32,000 nucleotides of DNA from Dubosiella newyorkensis (GCF_001945605.1 NZ_MPKA01000052.1:1-32000); one strand, 5' to 3'. Numbered from the stretch's first letter, positions 7,140 through 13,700 are shown. Translations and numbers: made by a program. Notes: generated by a model not told the origin, from the letters alone.

Positions 7140-10100
7140 TTATTTTTTCTTCTTGCTCCACCATCCCTTCTTTCGAAGTATTACCACATAGCCAGAAGTA
7201 GCGATCACGCTAATTCCACTGGCCATGATTGGTGGCTCAATGCCAATACCTCCCGTTTCTGGGAGCGCAAAATACTTGTTATTAAACACCTTTACATAAT
7301 GACTTAAACTCGAACCGCTTTTTATAGTACCAATAATTGTGTATGTACCATTTTCCGGTTTTTTTTCTGGTTCTTTTATGTCACAAGCACTACCTGTACT
7401 CAAACAAGATGAAACAAAAGTTAAGTCTTTCTCGTTTGAATTTATATTTTCAGTGATTTTATAATGAGAATTAATCGGCAAATATTTGATGATAGCATAC
7501 TGATTGTTCTTCAATAAAATTTTTCCTCTACTATGGAATGTAACATTTGAACGTTTCTCATCAATTATGTCATTTCCGTTTGAAGATTTAGTATAAACAG
7601 TCAAAGCATATTCATTTGCTAATTCATTGCCATTCTGATCACTCAACACTATTTCGAATTCATAATCTTTATCTGGATCAGGATCGTTTGACTGCTTTTC
7701 TAAACGAAGTTCTCCAGTTGCATTTTCAGGAGTTTTAGAAACTACATTTGGCAATGTATATTCCATATAACAAGAAGACCCCGCTTGACCACGTTCTAAA
7801 TAATAAACTGTTAAAGTATGCTTACCAGATGATAAATTGTCTCCTAATGCTTGTCGTATATCTACTTCAGCGCCAATTGATTGATGGACACCTCCAATGT
7901 CACAAATCAACTGATCATCTAAGAATACCCACATATCGTCATCTCCATAGAAGAAATAACGTAAAGGTCCTGTATAGTTTTCATCTAAGATAAAATCAAC
8001 TTGGTATTTCATACCAAATAAAGTGTTATGATCTTGATCATCATCACTTTTATAGGTTCCATTAAAACCATAAGTATTACCGTTATACTTTAATTGAGGT
8101 TGATTGTTTGGGGATCCATAATTTTTGGTCGTATCTAAATTATCTAAAGGCCAAAATCCATTATAATGAAATCTGTTTTTTTGTTGTCCTGCAGGGGTGT
8201 AAGCATCCTTTGTTAAAAATTGATTTAACGTGTCTTTATTGTAGTTATTTGGTCCTGAAACACCATAAAGTGAATAGGTGTCTCCGGTCCTATCGAATTT
8301 TAAAGAACCGTCTAATCTAACGGATTTCCCTATTGCTGTTCCTTCATCAAACAATTTAGGTGCATTTACTGCATATTGAAGATGTCCGTCAGAATCTAAA
8401 GCGCTATTTACTAATCCAAATATTGGGTGAGATCGAACAGCTCTGTGCACATCTATTGTTTTTGTATTGTTATTATTATCTTTTACAGTTTGAGTGGTAA
8501 TGAATTCTAAATTTCCTGCCGACTGATTAATACTCTTATCGTTCTTGTTTACATTTACTTGTGGATCATTGCTATAAAATTTTTCAGAAATATATTTATT
8601 TCCTAAAACTAAAGTTGGAGCATTTGTTGATGAATAATTTTTTTCATTATTAATCCCCACCCTACCATTATTATGGGTATAAATATTCAGATTAGTATCA
8701 TAAAAATCATAATCCCAAAAAGACGTCTTTTCTGTAGCTTTGGATTCGGTTTCATTAAATACCAACCGAATTTCTGTTCCTTCTGTTATCAGATAATATT
8801 TCCCTTCAAAATCATTAGGTTGTAGAGGATCATATAAATCTTTGTGTTGATCTGAATTTGTAAACCGAATATTTTTAGCTAAATCATTTGAATTGTAATT
8901 AAATTTAGACCAATTCGATTGTTCATTTGGTTTTATCCATATTTCTTTTAAACAATACGATTCTACACCATCCAATTTATTAAAATAATCTAAGCTAGGA
9001 GCTTGATGAAATTTATACTTAGTCGACGAATAAATTTCTTCTGGTTCCTTACCTAATTTTTTATTAAATTTTCCCTGAACATTTTTATAATCTTTATATT
9101 TAACAAATCCAGGGGCAAATTTCTCAGGAATTTTTGTCATATCTATAACTTGGAAAGTTGCATTTTGTCTTGCTGTTTTACCTTGATTCAAATCTTCATA
9201 AGTAGCTTCTTGGTTTTTATGGAGATATCCATAAATTTCTACTTCAAACTCAGGGTTAGGCGTTATTTGAATATTAAGAACCATAGGATCCGATGCATTT
9301 TGACTAAAAACTATAGGGGTATTAGTATAATTTTTGTTAATTAAAATACTATCATTAGCCGTTTCCGCATCAATCAAATCTGTTTCTACCGTTTTGTTGA
9401 TGTTCATTATAGAAACGCTAGCTCCTACTTCCGCCTCTGGCTTGACATCCTCCAGATCCTTCGTAGTATCATACTTCTCCACAAAAGCTTGAGTAGGTGT
9501 TAGCTCCGCATCAAACTTCTGATCCTCCAAATTGATCTCTTGGTCTTCCACAAAGAATCTAAGCTTGTAGAATGACAAATCAAGCAACTGTTCAGGATCC
9601 GTATCCTTTTCGCTTTGTTCTTTTAGCTTTTGGATTTCGAGTTGATCTTCTTCATTTTGTGTTGTTTCATCGATCTTCTCGATTTGAAGTGTAGGAATTG
9701 GTTTATTTTCCTCTTCCTCTTGTTCTTGTTTCGCTTCTTCTTGGATCTGTTCCAATTCATCTTCGGAACGATTGATTTCTTCATCGATCTTGTCTTGGAT
9801 GTTTTCTTCTGGTTCTAAGCTGAACTTTTTGATTTGGAGTTCGTTGTCTGTCGTTTTTTCTGTTTCTTCTTGTTCTTTGTTTTCTTCTTCTAGTTGTTTA
9901 TTTTCTTCTTTTTGTTCTTCTTCTTGCTCGCCAGGAATCGATCTAGGCTTTAGAGTGAGCGTGAAGTCTTCTGTTTCTACTTTGAACTCTTCTGGAAGGC
10001 GATATTCGATCTCTTCTTTTGTTTCTTCGTTTTTGTCTTCTTTTTCTTCTTCTGCTGGTTCTTCTTTTCCATCTTCTACTACTGGATCTTGTTCTGTCGG

Positions 10101-11120
10101 TTGTTTTTCATCCTCTACTTCTTGAACTTCTTGTTCTGGATGCACATAGGCCATCGTTTCATACTCTTTTTCTTGAAGAACGATTTCCTTTACTTGATCA
10201 TTCAAATCGCCCACGATGGCTTTATTCTTGTCTTGATTCACAAGAAAACCAACATAACTCTTAATTTCTTTGTCAGGAACATTTTCATCCTTTTGATCTT
10301 TGAAGAAGATCAAATCTCCATTTTGTGGTTCATATCCTTCTGGTTCAAACAACTCTTTCTTCGAAAGATCTTCGATCCATTCGTTCCAGTCGTGTCCATA
10401 TGGAATTTGTTCATTCTTGATTCCCGCATAATGAAGGACGAATGAAGCGAACATGATATTCCAGTCTTCGTATGGCTTTCCATACCATTCTCCATACCGC
10501 GTGTAATAGTGTTCTTTCCCATCAGAATCGAGTTCGAAGTTTTCTTTTACTTCCTTATAGTCTTTTTGACTCTTCGCAATCTGGACGATCTTTTCATCCA
10601 GCTTGTCGCTCAACGTTTCCGGAATCGAGTTTTCCCAATCTTCCTTCTTTTCTTTCAATTCTTTATTGGAAGTACATTCTTTCGAATGGGTGTGTTCTTC
10701 TTTTCCGCAAACAGGATCGACACTCAAATAACATTTTGGAGAATGTTCATGTCCTTCTACGCTTTCGCTCTCTTCTTTATCGCAAATCAATACTTGTTCT
10801 TGCTGGAAACACGACTCGTCATGAACATGCTCTTCACTTTCTTCCAAAGGACAAATGAGCGTTTGTTTGATTTCATAACACGAATCGTCGTGAACATGAC
10901 CTTCGATCGATTCTCCTTCTACTTTTCCGCAAAGCGGATCTTTAGAATGATAACAATCTTCTGTGTGCGTATGCTCTTCCTTATCGCAATAGAATTGCTG
11001 GGCTTCCGTTTCCAAAGTCAATGCCGGAAGGATCAGCGCATACGTTGTACAAAAGACGATCAAACAACTTAGCGCGTTCGTCACCCGTCTCCAAGAACGT
11101 TTTTTTCTCTTTCTATCCAT
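7140..11120 (-). CDS. 1326-aa LPXTG surface adhesin, probably the pilus tip protein
   Basis: In order it has a signal peptide, Cys/His knuckle repeats, a CHAP-like domain lacking the catalytic Cys and His, a roughly 190-aa Glu/Lys/Gln-rich linker, a large N/Y/K-rich body, a fibro-slime/PA14-like domain and a CnaB-like domain. The sorting signal is LPETGG plus a TM helix and RKKGWWSKKKK. Confidence 0.8.
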   Translation of the reverse strand: MDRKRKKRSWRRVTNALSCLIVFCTTYALILPALTLETEAQQFYCDKEEHTHTEDCYHSKDPLCGKVEGESIEGHVHDDSCYEIKQTLICPLEESEEHVHDESCFQQEQVLICDKEESESVEGHEHSPKCYLSVDPVCGKEEHTHSKECTSNKELKEKKEDWENSIPETLSDKLDEKIVQIAKSQKDYKEVKENFELDSDGKEHYYTRYGEWYGKPYEDWNIMFASFVLHYAGIKNEQIPYGHDWNEWIEDLSKKELFEPEGYEPQNGDLIFFKDQKDENVPDKEIKSYVGFLVNQDKNKAIVGDLNDQVKEIVLQEKEYETMAYVHPEQEVQEVEDEKQPTEQDPVVEDGKEEPAEEEKEDKNEETKEEIEYRLPEEFKVETEDFTLTLKPRSIPGEQEEEQKEENKQLEEENKEQEETEKTTDNELQIKKFSLEPEENIQDKIDEEINRSEDELEQIQEEAKQEQEEEENKPIPTLQIEKIDETTQNEEDQLEIQKLKEQSEKDTDPEQLLDLSFYKLRFFVEDQEINLEDQKFDAELTPTQAFVEKYDTTKDLEDVKPEAEVGASVSIMNINKTVETDLIDAETANDSILINKNYTNTPIVFSQNASDPMVLNIQITPNPEFEVEIYGYLHKNQEATYEDLNQGKTARQNATFQVIDMTKIPEKFAPGFVKYKDYKNVQGKFNKKLGKEPEEIYSSTKYKFHQAPSLDYFNKLDGVESYCLKEIWIKPNEQSNWSKFNYNSNDLAKNIRFTNSDQHKDLYDPLQPNDFEGKYYLITEGTEIRLVFNETESKATEKTSFWDYDFYDTNLNIYTHNNGRVGINNEKNYSSTNAPTLVLGNKYISEKFYSNDPQVNVNKNDKSINQSAGNLEFITTQTVKDNNNNTKTIDVHRAVRSHPIFGLVNSALDSDGHLQYAVNAPKLFDEGTAIGKSVRLDGSLKFDRTGDTYSLYGVSGPNNYNKDTLNQFLTKDAYTPAGQQKNRFHYNGFWPLDNLDTTKNYGSPNNQPQLKYNGNTYGFNGTYKSDDDQDHNTLFGMKYQVDFILDENYTGPLRYFFYGDDDMWVFLDDQLICDIGGVHQSIGAEVDIRQALGDNLSSGKHTLTVYYLERGQAGSSCYMEYTLPNVVSKTPENATGELRLEKQSNDPDPDKDYEFEIVLSDQNGNELANEYALTVYTKSSNGNDIIDEKRSNVTFHSRGKILLKNNQYAIIKYLPINSHYKITENINSNEKDLTFVSSCLSTGSACDIKEPEKKPENGTYTIIGTIKSGSSLSHYVKVFNNKYFALPETGGIGIEPPIMASGISVIATSGYVVILRKKGWWSKKKK
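7754..8159 (-). other. Fibro-slime / PA14-like carbohydrate-binding-type domain within the adhesin
   Basis: GFWPLD...HNTLFGMKYQVDFILDENYTGPLRYFFYGDDDMWVFLDDQLICDIGGVHQ matches the hallmark of the fibro-slime domain (TIGR02148-type): FxPLD...HNxxFT...FxFxGDDDxWVFINxxLxxDLGGxH. Confidence 0.65.
10640..11003 (-). other. Five tandem Cys...H-x-H-x3-C knuckle motifs at the adhesin N-terminus
   Basis: The copies are CDKEEHTHTEDCY, CGKVEGESIEGHVHDDSCY, CPLEESEEHVHDESCF, CDKEESESVEGHEHSPKCY and CGKEEHTHSKEC, read directly from the translation (aa 45-149). Confidence 0.75.
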
Positions 11121-11135
11121 AATTCCTTCGCCTTT

Positions 11136-11732
11136 CTAAATTCCGCTCAGCTTATTCAAAGGCCAGACTCGACCTACAAGCTTTCCTACGATCATTTCTT
11201 CTGCCACAGGACCGATTGCCTTTACACGAGAATCCATCGAAACGCTTCGATGATCTCCCATCACGAACCACCGATCTTCAGGCACTTGATACGGATATTC
11301 AATATCCGTCTGTCCGATCGACCTTTCACTCACATAGGGCTCTTCGATCTCTTCCCCATTCACATACACAACTCCATCATCATCGATGAACACCCAGTCG
11401 CCAGGACCCGCGATCACTCGCTTGACAAGAATCTTGTTGTTGTAGTAAAAGGCGATGATATCCCCCGTCTTATAATTGTTTCCTTTTACAGAAAGAACGA
11501 CATCGCCCGCCTTGAGCGTAGGTGACATACTATTTCCATAAATCTGTAAAACAGGGAGCCATAACGTAGCCACTAAAACCGCGATCGCAGCCACCACCAA
11601 TAAAGTCCCCACCGTACTTTTCAATGTCCTCACATACTGACTTTTGTGCCGAACTCGATTTCGTTCTTGAACGAGCTCATCCAGCGAGTACGAGACATCG
11701 ATCTTGTTTTCTTTGCTTGCTTTCTTTCTCAT
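11136..11732 (-). CDS. Type I signal peptidase (S26A, bacterial P-type), associated with the pilus locus
   Basis: It has a TM helix and then YGNSMSPTLKAGDVV (catalytic Ser box), ILVKRVIAGPGD (Lys box) and GDHRSVSMDSR (the GDNRxxSxDSR box). An RBS AGGGGA lies 5 nt before the ATG at 11732. Confidence 0.85.
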   Translation of the reverse strand: MRKKASKENKIDVSYSLDELVQERNRVRHKSQYVRTLKSTVGTLLVVAAIAVLVATLWLPVLQIYGNSMSPTLKAGDVVLSVKGNNYKTGDIIAFYYNNKILVKRVIAGPGDWVFIDDDGVVYVNGEEIEEPYVSERSIGQTDIEYPYQVPEDRWFVMGDHRSVSMDSRVKAIGPVAEEMIVGKLVGRVWPLNKLSGI

Positions 11733-12660
11733 TCATTCCCCTATATATAAATAGACCGTCACTTTCTTCATTTGAGAACTTCACTTCAAAATCATCAATA
11801 TTCGAACCCGAAACCACGATCTTGAACGGATGCTTTTCTTTATATTCCAGATCTTTGCGCGACCATTTGTCATACGCATCCACAAACGAATCATGCAGTA
11901 AATGTTCAGCCTGCTTCCGCACAAAGATCGCATCCTCCTTCTTTTCAAACGCCCCCAAAAAATACCGGACCTTCTGAAAAGAAATTTGAGCGATCCATTT
12001 ACCCTTCTGCTTTCTTACGCCCGTACAGCCACTCGTGTTGTCTTTACGAACTTCTTTGGAACGAAGTGACTCCACACACGTTTGCTCGACATAGTGAAGT
12101 GTTTCTTTTGGATCGTGTTCATGAACCAAACAACCACAACTTTTCACATTCCCAGACTTTAGCTGATTCAACGAAACCTCAATACGATTGCCGCAATCAC
12201 AAACACACTCCCAAACAACACTTCCCGCCAGTCGTTTTTCTGTCGGACAAATCGCCAGCAAACGACCAAACTTTTGATTCGAAATATCTTCAGACTTCTT
12301 CCCTTTCGAACAACCGCAACTCGACGTTGGATTGTTCCTTGTCAAATGCGAAGTAGGAACTTTGATTTCATTTCCACAATCACATCGGCATAGCCACAAA
12401 TAATTCGAACCCTTTTTTTCATTCAATTTACGAATGACCGTAAGCTTTCCGATCTTCTTTCCCGTCAAATCGATCGAAGAAGTTCTCGAACAACCGCAAC
12501 TATGAACAAGCTCACGCTCGATCTTGTAGCGCTCCAAAAGAATTTCATTTCCACAATCGCAACGACAAAGCCACAAAAAGCTGCCCTTTCTTTTTTGCTC
12601 GGTCTTTTTGAGCACAGTCAGCTTTCCAAAACGTTTACCACTCAAATCAACCGCTTTCAT
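11677..12660 (-). CDS. DNA-binding protein with three Cys-rich (zinc-ribbon-like) repeats and a C-terminal AP2-like domain; candidate locus regulator
   Basis: There are three repeats of about 55 aa: F/IG+LTV...W.C.CDCGN.I......L......SCGC (aa 5-57, 64-118, 125-177; nt 12130-12648). NTSGCTGVRKQKGKWIAQISFQKVRYFLGAFEKKEDAIFVRKQAE then matches the bacterial/phage AP2 pattern (nt about 11896-12048). An RBS GAAAGGG lies 6 nt before the ATG. Confidence 0.6.
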   Translation of the reverse strand: MKAVDLSGKRFGKLTVLKKTEQKRKGSFLWLCRCDCGNEILLERYKIERELVHSCGCSRTSSIDLTGKKIGKLTVIRKLNEKKGSNYLWLCRCDCGNEIKVPTSHLTRNNPTSSCGCSKGKKSEDISNQKFGRLLAICPTEKRLAGSVVWECVCDCGNRIEVSLNQLKSGNVKSCGCLVHEHDPKETLHYVEQTCVESLRSKEVRKDNTSGCTGVRKQKGKWIAQISFQKVRYFLGAFEKKEDAIFVRKQAEHLLHDSFVDAYDKWSRKDLEYKEKHPFKIVVSGSNIDDFEVKFSNEESDGLFIYRGMNEKESKQRKQDRCLVLAG

Positions 12661-12697
12661 TTCTTGCCCTTTCTAAATTGAAATCTTGAAGGTACAA

Positions 12698-12732
12698 AAA
12701 AATTCATAAAGTACCTTACTCTATGAATTTTT
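12698..12732. repeat. 11-bp inverted repeat in the leader or promoter region of the operon
   Basis: AAAAATTCATA (12698-12708) pairs with TATGAATTTTT (12722-12732). An alternative pairing is AAGGTAC (12689-12695) with GTACCTT (12711-12717). Confidence 0.7.
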
Positions 12733-12767
12733 GAATATAAATGTTATATAATGGTCGATTGTAAACT

Positions 12768-12793
12768 TGACGGCTTAAACTGACGGCTTATAT
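12768..12793 (+). repeat. Tandem direct repeat TGACGGCTTAAAC / TGACGGCTTATAT
   Basis: The two 13-mers are adjacent and share the core TGACGGCTTA. Together they also spell TTGACG-18 nt-TATAAT (12767-12796) on the plus strand. Confidence 0.85.
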
Positions 12794-12872
12794 AATAAAA
12801 TAAAAGAAAGAGAAAACTATAAAAAATCTTGTATCTATAGGCTTTTTCAGCCTAATGATCTGACCAGAATTT

Positions 12873-12885
12873 TGACGGCTTAAAC
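12873..12885 (+). repeat. Third copy of TGACGGCTTAAAC
   Basis: This is an exact copy of the 12768-12780 unit, about 105 bp away, and forms a GC-rich island in AT-rich DNA. Confidence 0.85.
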
Positions 12886-12906
12886 ATTCAAATGGAATCC
12901 TGATTT

Positions 12907-12928
12907 GTACTTTTTTCTCAAAAAGTAC
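12907..12928. repeat. 9-bp perfect palindrome, a candidate operator
   Basis: GTACTTTTT-tctc-AAAAAGTAC. It sits just downstream of a weak minus-strand promoter candidate (-35 TTGTGT at 12960-12965, 17-nt spacer, -10 TATAAG at 12937-12942). Confidence 0.6.
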
Positions 12929-13061
12929 TGTATATTCTTATAATTATTCTATAAATCTTACACAATTTAGTACATTTTGTTTAAAAGATGCTTTATTTTT
13001 TCAAATTAACTATGGTAAAATGGCTTCGTTTAGTAAGGTACTCTAGGAAAATTATACTTAT

Positions 13062-13094
13062 AAAAAACGCCTGTCCACGTAAGTATGAACAGGC
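13062..13094 (-). terminator. Rho-independent terminator of the HAD gene
   Basis: The minus strand reads GCCTGTtcatacttacgtggACAGGC followed by GTTTTTT, starting 7 nt after the stop at 13101. Confidence 0.7.
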
Positions 13095-13100
13095 ATTTTA

Positions 13101-13700
13101 TTATTCATCTTCTAAAAAATGACTTACTTTTTTCTTGAGCTGGCTTGGCTCTTTTAAATGGATCGTATGGAAGCCTAACGTATTGGCGGCTTCGATATTC
13201 TTTTCTAAATCATCGATAAATAAACATTCCATCGCGTCTAGCTCGTAGCGATCCAAAAGTGTTTTATACATTTCAAAGTCTGGCTTGATCTTCTTTTCTT
13301 GGTATGAATACACGCCTCCATCCACATGCTTGAACAATCCATTTTCTTTTAAATGCAAAAAACAATCTTGCGGAATGTTAGAAAGAATATATACCCCATA
13401 ACCTAAATCGTGGAGATGACGCATATACTCTACATTTTCTTGAATCAACTCCACATATTGCGTCCAGTCATCCATCAATACTTTGATCTCTTTTTTTAAT
13501 TCTGGCGCTTGAAGCTCACCGATCTCGATCATCTTTCCTTTCGTCAAAGTATTTTTGTCATACTGATCCCACAACGAAGCAAAATAGATCCCATTCAATT
13601 GCTCCTGGACGTGGTTGTCGCTAAAAAGTTGTTGAAGCATCCCTTCAGGATCAAATGTACAAAGTACATTCCCGATATCTAATACTATATTCTTGATCAT
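13101..13700 (-). CDS. HAD-superfamily hydrolase (subfamily IA-like)
   Basis: Motif I is VLDIGNVL (the DxGxVL variant) and the late motif is LFIDDLEKNIEAA (the DD motif). At 199 aa it is of typical size. Confidence 0.7.
   Translation of the reverse strand: MIKNIVLDIGNVLCTFDPEGMLQQLFSDNHVQEQLNGIYFASLWDQYDKNTLTKGKMIEIGELQAPELKKEIKVLMDDWTQYVELIQENVEYMRHLHDLGYGVYILSNIPQDCFLHLKENGLFKHVDGGVYSYQEKKIKPDFEMYKTLLDRYELDAMECLFIDDLEKNIEAANTLGFHTIHLKEPSQLKKKVSHFLEDE

Noticed and set aside
9630-11072. Plus-strand ORFs (9630-9818, 9772-10125, 10019-10264, 10089-10445, 10472-10858, 10509-11072) opposite the adhesin N-terminal half.
   Set aside because: They are antisense shadows of the GAA/AAG-rich (Glu/Lys) coding region, giving F/L/S-rich pseudo-hydrophobic translations. 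The minus-strand frame carries the signal peptide, domains and LPXTG of a single coherent protein.
11136-11732. Interpreting the locus signal peptidase as a SipW orthologue (ER-type, Ser/His) or as an inactive SipA/LepA-type pilus chaperone.
   Set aside because: The sequence has the bacterial P-type boxes, with Ser (SMSPT) and Lys (VKRV) plus GDHRSVSMDSR. It looks like an active S26A enzyme, so any functional analogy to SipW or SipA remains a hypothesis only.
12768-12885. TGACGGCTTA direct repeats as a possible CRISPR array or IS/MITE terminus.
   Set aside because: There are only three copies of a 10-13-nt unit, two of them contiguous with no spacer. There are no regularly sized spacers, flanking inverted repeats or target duplications. 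They are better explained as protein-binding boxes or promoter elements.
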